Source: Candidatus Latescibacterota bacterium
Lineage (GTDB): Bacteria; Latescibacterota; UBA2968; GCA-2709665
Reading direction: 5' to 3'
Assembly: GCA_963662665.2 (NCBI GenBank)
Contig: CAXXJS010000031.1
Location: 1 to 64,000, forward strand
Length of the DNA: 64,000 bases
Part shown: one piece after another, positions 37,563 to 47,267 of the stretch
Layout: each line of letters begins with the position of its first letter
How positions within the stretch are numbered: position 1 is the first letter of the stretch
Notes under the pieces: model-generated
Told to the model about the DNA's origin: nothing
The model's input: the letters and a program-made list of their open reading frames with translations, nothing else
Databases searched by the model: none
Program-made: the position numbers and the translations under genes

Positions 37563-40500
37563 ATGACCTGCCGCCATATCCAATTCCCGATACGCACGTT
37601 GTCGCTCATTCTGCTGTTGACCGCCCTGATGTCCGGCCCGGCGAGTGCGCAATCCCAGGCGACAACAGGGGTGATCCGGGGCTACGTATGCGATCAGTTC
37701 AACAATCCGATCGGAGATGCCACTGTCGTTCTCAGGGAAGCCGGTACAAACTACCGGAGAGTTCTCGCGTCGTCGGAACTGGGGCTGTTTACCGCGACCC
37801 TGTTGCCTCTCGGATACTACGACGTGACGGTACGGGCGGAGGGATGGTCCGAAGCCCGCCAGACCGGCGTGCAGGTCCGTGTTGGCGACACAGTGGATCT
37901 TCTCATCAAGATGATTATTGAAATGGAGGAGTTCGTCGTTGTAGCCAGAAGGCCGGCCGTGGACGTCACCCGGACCGAGACGGCCACACGCCTCCCCGAG
38001 GAGGCGGTACAGGACCTGCCCAACAACGGGCGCAATTTTCTGAACCTCACACTGTTGACTCCCGGCGTGAGCATCGTCCAGGGGCCGGACGGAGACGAAC
38101 TGACCATTGGGGGGCAACGCGGCATCCACAACAACATCTCGGTGGACGGCGCAGATTTCAACAACCCGTTTTTCGGCGAGCAACGCGGGGGGCAGCGCCC
38201 GGCCTTTACGTTCAACCTGGACGCCGTGGCGGAAATCGTCGTCGTCCCGCAGGGTGCAAACGCGGAGTTCGGGCGGTCCAGCGGCGGCTTTGTCAACGTC
38301 ATTACCAAGTCGGGTACCAACAGACTCAGCGGCTCGGCGCATTTTTTCGGAAAGCACGACGCGCTTTCCGAAATTGCGAGGCACAACGGCACCGAGCGCA
38401 GGCCGCGCTTCAGACAGGGGCAGTTCGGTTTCACGCTCGGCGGTCCTCTGAAGCGGGACAAGGCATTCTTCTTTGCCGCTTACGACCAGCAGGTGTTGAG
38501 AGACACCCGGCAGAACGACGTCGAGAGGATGGACTCCCGGCTGCGGGACTTTATGGACACGGGTTTCAACGGGGCGTTACGGGGAGACTACGGCCCCATC
38601 GACCGTACCAACGACGCCCGCGCTTTTCTTGCCAAGGTGGATCTTCGTCTCTCGAAGGACCATTCCGCCACTTTCAAATACAACTACACATGGTCCGAAC
38701 AGGAGAACGGCACCTTCGATGTGGACGCCTGGGCGCGCAGCGCCAACGCGATTGAAAGAGACTGGTCCCACGCATTAAACGGCAGCCTGGTATCGCTTCT
38801 CACGCCGAGCACCATCAATGAATTCCGGTTCCAGGTCTCCCGCGAGGACCGTCCGCGTCCCTACGAGGGTCCGGTCAACCCCGATACCGGGCGCCCCTTT
38901 CCCGATACCGGCATGGACTATGAGTACGGTTATCGCTTCGGCATGCCGTTCTTTATTCCGGTGGAATACTACGACACCCGCGTTCAGCTGCTCAATAATA
39001 TCTCCTTTGCCAGGGGCGGTCACCTGTTCAAGGCCGGCGTCGAGTGGAACCGTGTCGAAGCCGCGCAGACCTTTATCGGTTTCGCCAACGGGCGGTACAT
39101 CTTCGATTCCGTGGACGGGTTTCTCAACTTCGTGGAAAAGGGCAACCGCTACGTCGAGTGTTCCGACGGCAGTTTCAGCATCGAGGGCGAATGCCCCGCT
39201 GGCGCGCAAATCACGGGACCGGTCCTGTTCTATCTGGAACAGGCGGGTGTGGGCGGGCTGTCAGTCGAGGAAGCGGGCACACAGCGCATTCCGCAGCACG
39301 AACTGGCGTTGTTCGTGCAGGACAGTTGGCAGGCCTCCAACCGGCTGACGCTCAACTACGGTTTGCGCTGGGAGGCGCAGATTCAGCCCGAACCCATCAC
39401 CGATCCTTCCGAGGTCTTCTTCAGCAATTTCATTGGCAAATCCGTGACCAACGACCAGGGCGTTCACAGGTTCCCGTCCAACGGCAGAATTCCCTCCGAC
39501 CTGGATATGCTCCAGCCGCGGATAGGCCTGGCCTACGACGCGCACGGTGACGATAAGACCCTCTTGCGCGCCAGCGCGGGGATTTACTACGCCCGCATTC
39601 CGGGACTGAATCTGGCCAGCACCCGCTCCACGAACGGCTCGCGAGGGCAATCCCTGTTCCGGTCCAGCGAGTTCACGCCGATCCTGGGGCCGCCCCCCAC
39701 GTTCGGCGAGTTGCTGCCATCGCCGGAGGGCGATCCCTTCCAGCCCAACATATACGTCTTCCATGAGCGCTTCGAAAACCCGCGGACCATTAACCTGAAC
39801 GCGGGAATCGAGCACGAGTTTCATGCGGACGGGCTCGTGGGTTCCATCGACTATACCTACGCCCGTACCGACTATCTCACGCGTTTCGTAAACCGCAACG
39901 ATGCCGCGTTCGGATCTCCCTGGTCAACCGGTTTGGGGTCGGAGGGAGGTAACGGCATCGGCGACCTCACGGCTGTGGAGAGTACGGCGAGGTCGCGATA
40001 TCACGGCTTCAGTCTTGGGCTGCGGCAGATGGCGAGCGACAACCTGCAGTTCCAGGCGAACTACACGATGTCCTGGGACAGGTCCGACGACGATAACGAA
40101 CGCGACCCGTTCAGCTTTCGCTACGTTGATCCGACCCGGCTGGACCGGGAGTGGGGCTATTCCGACCGCGACCAGCGCCACCGCTTCAATGCCTGGGCGC
40201 TGGCCGTACTGCCCGGCGATATCTATATGAACAATCGCGTGAGCCTTTATTCACCACAACCGGTCTCAGCCGCCTGCGGCGGCAACAACCGGGCGTCTTC
40301 GAAGTATTCGACAAACCCCTGGGGGCCCGCCTCCGACCGCATCTGCGCCGACGGCAGCATCGTCCGGCGCAATACCCTGCGCAAGGACCACGGGTTCTTC
40401 TCGTGGGACGTGCGCCTCACCCGCCCCTTTCCCATGGGCAGCGGCACGTTGGAGGCCATCCTGGAGGTCTTCAACCTGTTCAATACGGACAACTACCGCG

Positions 40501-40601
40501 ACCCCTCCAGTGCGGGCCTGCTGTTCAATTTCGACGGCACCGTCCAGTCCGGCCTCGGCGACCCCCGAGAAGTCCAGATCGGGATGCGTTTCGTGTTTTA
40601 G
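37563..40601 (+). CDS. TonB-dependent receptor with N-terminal carboxypeptidase-regulatory-like domain (Oar type)
   Basis: Signal peptide, LPNNGRNF, AEFGRSSGGFVNVITKSGTN, FVQDSW, PREVQIGMRFVF terminus. Confidence 0.93.
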   Translation: MTCRHIQFPIRTLSLILLLTALMSGPASAQSQATTGVIRGYVCDQFNNPIGDATVVLREAGTNYRRVLASSELGLFTATLLPLGYYDVTVRAEGWSEARQTGVQVRVGDTVDLLIKMIIEMEEFVVVARRPAVDVTRTETATRLPEEAVQDLPNNGRNFLNLTLLTPGVSIVQGPDGDELTIGGQRGIHNNISVDGADFNNPFFGEQRGGQRPAFTFNLDAVAEIVVVPQGANAEFGRSSGGFVNVITKSGTNRLSGSAHFFGKHDALSEIARHNGTERRPRFRQGQFGFTLGGPLKRDKAFFFAAYDQQVLRDTRQNDVERMDSRLRDFMDTGFNGALRGDYGPIDRTNDARAFLAKVDLRLSKDHSATFKYNYTWSEQENGTFDVDAWARSANAIERDWSHALNGSLVSLLTPSTINEFRFQVSREDRPRPYEGPVNPDTGRPFPDTGMDYEYGYRFGMPFFIPVEYYDTRVQLLNNISFARGGHLFKAGVEWNRVEAAQTFIGFANGRYIFDSVDGFLNFVEKGNRYVECSDGSFSIEGECPAGAQITGPVLFYLEQAGVGGLSVEEAGTQRIPQHELALFVQDSWQASNRLTLNYGLRWEAQIQPEPITDPSEVFFSNFIGKSVTNDQGVHRFPSNGRIPSDLDMLQPRIGLAYDAHGDDKTLLRASAGIYYARIPGLNLASTRSTNGSRGQSLFRSSEFTPILGPPPTFGELLPSPEGDPFQPNIYVFHERFENPRTINLNAGIEHEFHADGLVGSIDYTYARTDYLTRFVNRNDAAFGSPWSTGLGSEGGNGIGDLTAVESTARSRYHGFSLGLRQMASDNLQFQANYTMSWDRSDDDNERDPFSFRYVDPTRLDREWGYSDRDQRHRFNAWALAVLPGDIYMNNRVSLYSPQPVSAACGGNNRASSKYSTNPWGPASDRICADGSIVRRNTLRKDHGFFSWDVRLTRPFPMGSGTLEAILEVFNLFNTDNYRDPSSAGLLFNFDGTVQSGLGDPREVQIGMRFVF

Positions 40602-40923
40602 CCTCATTTATTCAAAAACCCATACTTGCATGGATAGACAGGATTGAAACCAAAAACAGGGCAAATGCTCACTTTTCCGGGCCAAAGCGATGAATCGTTA
40701 CCTCTTTAGACCGCGCAACACCACACTGACAAATGAGCTTCCGCGTTTCTTTGGATACTGTCGTACAAGACTTCGCTGAACTTATCGTGATACAGCCGGT
40801 TATACAACAAAACCACTGGTCTACGTGAATAATTCACCGCAGGTGTATACATAGTGAGCAAATGCCCGAACCTTTCAATACGCTACGTGGTGTCGATGGC
40901 ATGGTAAATTGGGGGAAGACTCG

Positions 40924-42024
40924 ATGACAACGCTGAAAAATGTGGAGATCAAGGGGTTCCGGTCCATTAAAGATATGGAATTGGAACTCAGGCCGCTCAA
41001 TGTCCTCATTGGCGCCAACGGAGCCGGGAAGAGCAATCTCATCGCCTTTTTCAAGATGGTGAATGAACTGATGGCTGGACGCCTCCAGCAACACATCGGG
41101 TCGACCGGACGGGCCACCGGTAATTTGCACTTCGGCCCAAGAGTGACACCACAACTTGAAGCGAAAATGGTGTTCGAGGTGGAAAACGGAACCGACACCT
41201 ACCATATGAGACTCTTCCACGCCGCGGGCGATTCTCTGATATTCGCGGAGGAAACGGTTGCATTCCATCAGGAAGGTTATCCCAGCCCCAAGACGGTAGA
41301 GCTGGGCGTGGGGCATCTGGAAACGAAGATTGGAGAACTGGCGGAACGAGGGGAGCCGACGGCGAGAACGCTCAGGGCATTGTTGAATCGTTGCCGCGTC
41401 TATCACTTTCACGATACATCGCCGACTTCACGAGTCCGGCAATATGGATACATGGGAGACAACCGCTGGCTCAAGCCCGACGCTGGCAACCTCGCTGCGA
41501 TGCTATACGCGCTCAAGTCCAGTAGTGAAACCGACTACCGGCGCATTGTCACCACAATCCGCCAGGTGGCGCCGTTCTTCGATGACTTCGATCTCGAGCC
41601 CGCCGATTCAAGAGATATTATCCTCAACTGGCGCCATCGCGAGTCCGATCTCGTGTTCGGGCCTCATCAGCTATCGGATGGCACATTGCGCGCAATCTGT
41701 CTGATTACTCTTCTCTTACAGCCGGCTGAAAAGCTGCCGACTCTGATTGTGGTGGACGAACCGGAACTTGGCCTGGACCCCTGTGCAGTGGACGTGATTG
41801 CCTCGCTGTTTCGTTCTGTAAGCGAGCATGCGCAGGTACTCGTCAGCACGCAGTCCAGCGCATTCGTCGACAGCTTCGAGGCGGACGACATCGTGGTCGT
41901 ACAACGAAATCAAGAAGCGACGGAGTTTGAGAGACCCCGGGCCGAAGAACTCGACTCGTGGGTGGAGGAATACGCGCTCGGGGAAATCTGGGAAAGGGAC
42001 GGCGTCGTCGAAGGAACGGATTGA
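40924..42024 (+). CDS. ABC-type (AAA_21/RecF-like) ATPase of the type usually paired with DUF4276
   Basis: IKGFRSI, LIGANGAGKSN, YHFHDTS, LSDGTLR, DEPELGL, STQS motifs. Confidence 0.9.
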   Translation: MTTLKNVEIKGFRSIKDMELELRPLNVLIGANGAGKSNLIAFFKMVNELMAGRLQQHIGSTGRATGNLHFGPRVTPQLEAKMVFEVENGTDTYHMRLFHAAGDSLIFAEETVAFHQEGYPSPKTVELGVGHLETKIGELAERGEPTARTLRALLNRCRVYHFHDTSPTSRVRQYGYMGDNRWLKPDAGNLAAMLYALKSSSETDYRRIVTTIRQVAPFFDDFDLEPADSRDIILNWRHRESDLVFGPHQLSDGTLRAICLITLLLQPAEKLPTLIVVDEPELGLDPCAVDVIASLFRSVSEHAQVLVSTQSSAFVDSFEADDIVVVQRNQEATEFERPRAEELDSWVEEYALGEIWERDGVVEGTD

Positions 42025-42143
42025 CGGTTCGACTCCTGGCGGAGGATCAAACAGAGTATTTCAAGCAGTGGCTGGCACTCGACTATTCCCGCAAAGCGCG
42101 CAAACGCCACGCCGCATCCATTTTTGCAAGCTGGGGAACATAG
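42021..42143 (+). pseudogene. Probable remnant of a DUF4276 (TOPRIM-like) partner gene
   Basis: Starts overlapping the ATPase stop (TTGA); MTVRLLAEDQTEYFKQWLA resembles the VEGQTE N-terminal motif; stops after 40 codons. Confidence 0.45.
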
Positions 42144-42244
42144 TCGCAGTATCGGGAAACCGCACGACCTTCCCGCGTCGTTGTCGCCGACAGATCACGT
42201 GACAGGACACGAATGCCGTCGCGCAGCACATGTAGGAGGTGTTT

Positions 42245-42550
42245 ATGCCTGCCGCCACAATGCCACCGATTCATCCGGGAGAAATCCTGCTGGAGGAATT
42301 CTTGAATCCTCTGGAAATCAGCCAATATCGACTTGCGAAAGACATTTCTGTTCCGCCTCGCCGAATTAACGAGATTGTGCATGGGAAACGCGCCGTAACG
42401 CCAGACACCGCGCTGCGTCTGGCGCGTTTTTTCGGTACCACCGGTCAATTCTGGCTCAATCTTCAATCCCGCTACGAACTGGAGTTGGAACGAGACCGAC
42501 TTGGCGAACGATTGCAGGCCGAAGTGCGGATCCTTGAGCGCGTTGAATAA
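42245..42550 (+). CDS. higA: HigA-family antitoxin, orphan
   Basis: PIHPGEILLEEFL, RRINEIVHGKRAVTPDTALRLARFFG, FWLNLQ motifs; no higB seen upstream. Confidence 0.93.
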   Translation: MPAATMPPIHPGEILLEEFLNPLEISQYRLAKDISVPPRRINEIVHGKRAVTPDTALRLARFFGTTGQFWLNLQSRYELELERDRLGERLQAEVRILERVE

Positions 42551-42628
42551 TCACTTAGCTAAAAAGTCGCACGGCCAGGATTGATATTCTCGTACCCACC
42601 AGGCGTAAACCGGATCTTGTAATAGACT

Positions 42629-42784
42629 CCTGCGCGGTGGACGTGATTGCCTCCATGTTTCATTCCGTTAGCCAGCATACGCAGGTGCTCGTCAGCACGC
42701 AGTCCAGCGCATTCGTCGATGGCTTCGAGCCGGACGATATCGTGGTTGTGCAACGAAATCAGGGAGCGACGGAGTTTGAGAGAC
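42629..42784 (+). repeat. Diverged 156-bp duplicate of the ATPase 3' region (41780-41935)
   Basis: Ungapped alignment, e.g. GTGGACGTGATTGCCTC..CTCGTCAGCACGCAGTCCAGCGCATTCGTCGA..GCGACGGAGTTTGAGAGAC. Confidence 0.88.
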
Positions 42785-42821
42785 ACCTGCAAGCGCGGCA
42801 GTTTTCCTGTGGTTAAGCGGA

Positions 42822-43289
42822 GTGGGCTTCGATGGCTATGTCGGCCAGACAGGCAGCGGCGAGTTCCTGCCCCTTTTCGAGCCACCCGGGTTTTATGCAC
42901 AATATCGCATTTTCTCCCTCGAGCACCTGGTGGACTTTATTAACCTGCAGCTGCTCTCGGCCCCCGCGGCTTGCATGGCCATATTCCTTGTCCGCAAGCG
43001 CCCTTTGAGTCGCCACACTTTCCTCGTCATCTGTACCCTCGTCTCTCTCTTCTTCACCTTCGTTGCAAAGGCCAACATCGGCGCATTCCGGGACTGGGAC
43101 ATTCTTTCCCTCCCCGCATTGCCTCTCACACTGTGGGCCGCCACAATGCTTCTGGAACGCATACGCAACGGCGAGAAGCTCTTTCACGGCGCCTTTTTAA
43201 TCTGTGGGACGGCGGGCCCTACATACCTTCCTGTGGATAGGCGTCAACGCGGGCGCCGGGTCAGATTGAAGCTCGACGGTATATTCTAA
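42822..43289 (+). pseudogene. Fragment of a polytopic membrane protein
   Basis: Hydrophobic helices (HLVDFINLQLLSAPAA, GAFRDWDILSLPALP) with no convincing start; begins right after the duplicated ATPase fragment. Confidence 0.5.
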
Positions 43290-43551
43290 GCAGTGTGAGG
43301 TCGCGTATCGGGAATTGAGCGGTAAAAGGCTCCAGGGATGGTCAACGACAAGGCATAGTTGGATAGTCTCGCGTCGGTCGTCGACGCTTCCGCAGAACGC
43401 TTCTCGTTCGAATCGTCAACAAGAATGCCGAGGCTATGGAAGCCCCGGCTTCATTTGTCATTCACCCATGATGGGCCAACATCCATCGCCTCGTTATGTT
43501 TCATACCGGCGCGTCTGCGATTCGTAACCCAGCTCGGATTTGTCTCCGGCG

Positions 43552-44274
43552 CTAAATCTCCGGATATTCCATCCACTGCCGTCCATCCAGCGTATTCCCG
43601 CCCGCTTTGGGGGTACGCCCACCCCACTGCTTGAAGAAGAAAGCCACGTGTTGGTCCTCGCACTGATCCCGCAATTCACGTACCCAATCCGGCTCAATCG
43701 GACGAGCTCCCGGGCCGCTTTCCCCACCCGCAATTACCCAGTGAATGTGCTCCAGGTCCACCGTCCCAATCGGGCCGAGTAGCGGCTCGAATGAGACAAA
43801 GCGGACCGATGCGTTGGTCTCTTTGAGATGCCTGAGCCGCGAAAGTGCCGCATCGTCTTCGATGGAGACGCCGAGCCAGATATGCGACGGCGCATCTCCA
43901 TTCGGGTACCGCTCACGGACAAAGCGGCGCATCAGGGAACTGCGCTTGGTGAGTACCTGGTAGATGTGCCAGTTGGCGCGTTCCATGGTGTCGAATACGC
44001 GATGGATGTACTTTGTGGGAATTTCTTTGTGGAAGAGATCGCTCATCGAATTGACGAAAATGAGTTGAGAACGCCGCCACCCCAGCGGTTGTTCCAGGCG
44101 CGCGGGTCGAAGGGTCAGATCAAAGCCGGTTTCGAACGGATGCCCTTCGACGCCGCGAAACCGCTCGGAAAGCCGCTCGGCATAACAGTTGTCGCAGCCG
44201 GCGCTCACTTTTGTGCATCCGGTAACCGGATTCCAGGTGCCATTGGTCCATTCAATTGCGCTGTTGCGCGACAT
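43552..44274 (-). CDS. Phage Gp37/Gp68-family (DUF5131, three-Cys) protein
   Basis: IEWT..TWNPVTGCTKVSAGCDNCYAE, FVNSMSDLFH, LTKR, SFEPLLG, GGESG, FFFKQWGG. Confidence 0.93.
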   Translation of the reverse strand: MSRNSAIEWTNGTWNPVTGCTKVSAGCDNCYAERLSERFRGVEGHPFETGFDLTLRPARLEQPLGWRRSQLIFVNSMSDLFHKEIPTKYIHRVFDTMERANWHIYQVLTKRSSLMRRFVRERYPNGDAPSHIWLGVSIEDDAALSRLRHLKETNASVRFVSFEPLLGPIGTVDLEHIHWVIAGGESGPGARPIEPDWVRELRDQCEDQHVAFFFKQWGGRTPKAGGNTLDGRQWMEYPEI

Positions 44275-44417
44275 GGCAATATCCCCTTGAAGTAGTAAAT
44301 TTAGTGCACATCAGTATAGTAATTTTCAATCCCGCTGTCAAGATGGGGATTGGTAAGTTCTGGAAGAACGAGGAATGTGGACGTTGTGAATGGGCAGGAT
44401 AGGAGCCGGACGGGATC

Positions 44418-46625
44418 TTACACGTGTTCGTCGAACCAATCGAGCATGGCATTGCACAGATGCTTGAGCTTCGTGTACTCCCACTCGGGCGTGAAATGAT
44501 CCGCGCCCTCATATTGGATCCACTCCACCTTCCGTCCGAGCCGCAACAGGCCGTTAAACACTTCCTCGGCCTGTTTTGCAGCGGCTGTGTCCTCGCTGCC
44601 GTTGACCAGAAGTAACGGCGCCTGAATTCTATCCAGGAGGAACAAGGGAGAGTTGCGGACGTATGCCTCGGGGTCGCCCCAGGGCGGCTTTCCCATTCCT
44701 CCCTGTCCCGACTCGAACCAGAACCAGTCCTGCTGACCGTAAAAACTCGTTAAGTTCGCGATCGGCGCGTTGCATACGGCTGCGCTGAAGAGCTTCGTCT
44801 GAGTAAGGAGTGCCAGCACGGAATAAGCGCCGTAGCTGTGACCGTAGAGTCCGATCCGATTCGGATCTATGGTTCCCCGATCGATCAGATGCCGGATCAC
44901 TGGCGTTGTCCTGGCCGCAATCTCGATCATCGGATCGCGTCCCGGGAGTTCGGTATCAGGGTACACCACCGCGTAACCCCGGTGAGCCAGAAAGTGGGCA
45001 TTGTCCTCGGATGGCGTTTCCGTAAATCCAAATCTGTTGATGTCCTCCGAATATGAGTAATCGCCATATACGACGGTGATAGCCGGCACGGGCCGCTTTC
45101 CATCGAAATCCGGAGGCAACATCAAGGCCGCCTTGAGACTCTCGCCGCAGTCATTCTCAAATTCAACAAGCTCCGGGGTACCGAATTTAATGGAATCGAT
45201 AGAAGACAGTGGCTTGTATATGCGCGAAGTCTCGCCATTTCTGCTTACCTTGATGACTTCAGGAGGTTTTGTTGCGGTTTCCCGCGCGATGAATATCGTA
45301 CCGCCGTTGCTCGACGCCTCGTTCAACAGCGTGCAAGACTGGATGGCTCCGTCTATCTCGAGCATCTCTCGAAACGCCCCGTTTTCAAGGTCAAATTCAG
45401 CGATACAGAGCGTCTCATCCTTTCGAGTGACGGCGAGCGGTACCGTGCTGGCATTCACCACTGGACTTTCTTGCGGAAGCAGCCACGTCGACACCCGGTA
45501 ACCGTCCGGTACCGCCAGTTTTCGTTGCGCCCTTCCGGATGCATTGAAGACCCGGATCCCTCCAGGTACCGGCAGCAGGATTTCCTTCGAATCCGGACGC
45601 CATCTTGGAGGCGCTTCGTAGTAGGCATCGATTTTTCTGATGTAAGCACCACTATCACCCACAATATCGATCGGTTCGCTGCCCCCATCGTTCCCAACCA
45701 CGTGGGGATGTCCGGAGTTCTCCCCTCCCCATGTCAAATAGCATAGCCTCGTGCCATCGGGCGACCAGTTGAATGCGGTCGTGTACGACTGCACGATCCC
45801 ACTGGCGGCACACACAGTCTTCCTGCGGGCGATATCTGTTACCATCAAATCGCAGACGTTCCCACCGGATACTTTATTGTGACCCTTTATGCGCAAACAG
45901 GCAACCTGGTTCCCGTCCGGAGACGGACGCCAACATCGAAACGACCAGTTCTCCGCCAGCACCTCGACCTCCCCTGAACTCACGTCCACAGCGACGAGGT
46001 TCCCCCTTTTCTCCCAGTCGTCGATCGGCACGACAACAGATTCGGCAGATGTCCGTCGCTGAATTCCATTCTCGCCGTAATATCCTGCGCCGGCGGCCTG
46101 TTTGCCGGGATCTGCTTTTATCAGAATCCGGCGCCCGTCGTTTGTCCACCTCGGGATCTCGAAGCCGTAATCGCCGACGTATGTCACTTTCTCATACACT
46201 TCCGTCGTCGCTGTCTTTCGGTCCCAAATCGCTAGGCGGGCCGGATTGTCACTCTTCTGAATGTACGCTGCGAGACGGCAGCCGTCCGGAGACCACTGAG
46301 GCGCCCACGAAACTTCGGTTTCACCGAAAGGATGCACGGAATCCGATTCCTCGGTATCGACGACAACGACCGAAGGCCTCATGACTTCCTGCGGCACGCT
46401 CGAATGCTCTCCGGATGTCAATACCGAACGGCTGCGGCCGACGGCAACCATCGTAAGCGCCAGAAAACGCCCGTCGGGACTGAGATCAAATGGTATTCGC
46501 GTAGCCGGGACTTTCAACTGAAGCAGATGTTCCACCGTAAAACACTCCATAACGGTACTCGCTTGATATGTTTTGGCATCATCGTACGGGATCGATCGCA
46601 CCAAATATAACGGCTTTTGGAACAT
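44418..46625 (-). CDS. S9 (prolyl oligopeptidase) family serine peptidase with beta-propeller
   Basis: WSPDG repeats, GHSYG nucleophile, NGSED acid, GADH His. Start may be 46550. Confidence 0.92.
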   Translation of the reverse strand: MFQKPLYLVRSIPYDDAKTYQASTVMECFTVEHLLQLKVPATRIPFDLSPDGRFLALTMVAVGRSRSVLTSGEHSSVPQEVMRPSVVVVDTEESDSVHPFGETEVSWAPQWSPDGCRLAAYIQKSDNPARLAIWDRKTATTEVYEKVTYVGDYGFEIPRWTNDGRRILIKADPGKQAAGAGYYGENGIQRRTSAESVVVPIDDWEKRGNLVAVDVSSGEVEVLAENWSFRCWRPSPDGNQVACLRIKGHNKVSGGNVCDLMVTDIARRKTVCAASGIVQSYTTAFNWSPDGTRLCYLTWGGENSGHPHVVGNDGGSEPIDIVGDSGAYIRKIDAYYEAPPRWRPDSKEILLPVPGGIRVFNASGRAQRKLAVPDGYRVSTWLLPQESPVVNASTVPLAVTRKDETLCIAEFDLENGAFREMLEIDGAIQSCTLLNEASSNGGTIFIARETATKPPEVIKVSRNGETSRIYKPLSSIDSIKFGTPELVEFENDCGESLKAALMLPPDFDGKRPVPAITVVYGDYSYSEDINRFGFTETPSEDNAHFLAHRGYAVVYPDTELPGRDPMIEIAARTTPVIRHLIDRGTIDPNRIGLYGHSYGAYSVLALLTQTKLFSAAVCNAPIANLTSFYGQQDWFWFESGQGGMGKPPWGDPEAYVRNSPLFLLDRIQAPLLLVNGSEDTAAAKQAEEVFNGLLRLGRKVEWIQYEGADHFTPEWEYTKLKHLCNAMLDWFDEHV

Positions 46626-46714
46626 AAGAAAACTCGGGCAGGAACTTACAGTAAATCTTCACAACACAGTGCGTTCATGTTCCTTCAGGCTGCCAGCTTG
46701 CGAAAGGCGCTGTG

Positions 46715-46802
46715 ATCCCCCACGGCATCAGCTCTCGCGCCGGCCCTTCGACAAGCTCAGGGATCGGCTCGGCTTCTGCGACTCCCCCTCAAGGGGGAGT
46801 GA
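46715..46802 (-). repeat. Composite REP-like element, second copy
   Basis: GCCCTTCGACAAGCTCAGGGATCGGCTCGGCTTCTGCGACTCCCCCTCAAGGGGGAGTGA; inverse of 25671-25759. Confidence 0.8.
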
Positions 46803-47267
46803 CTAAACCGTCATACAGGCGCAATCGTCAACGATTACCTTTTTTCGATGGACATAGCGAACCCGCGCCAGGCCCTTGTCCTCCCGAGCCCTTCCACGGA
46901 TGTGGATATTTGGCTATCTTCCTTAACCACACTGCGTATCAGATTGGGATTTCCGTGGCGCTGTCAAAACCTATCTGCGAAATATCGGTGCAGACCCGAA
47001 ACCCGAATCGAATGCGCGGTCAGTATTGATGTGCCTCCGGTTTTATTTGTCCGTTTTGCGATTTTTTTCCTGCCCATCCTGTCCATCCATCTAAGTTTCT
47101 TTTGCTGTTCCGGAGCCCGCGCGGACCCCGATCCGTTGATTCGGGTTGACACGGTTTAATCCCCGCCGTACTTTGCCATCCATCCTGCAATTTCATGCAA
47201 TCTTCCGGATCCCTGCGTTGCAACTGACAGGCGTGTAACGCCGGGGCCGGTTTAATGTGGAGACGCC

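Noticed and set aside
43552-44274. Prophage inferred from the Gp37/Gp68 annotation
   Set aside because: No structural, terminase or integrase genes; the family is common outside phages.
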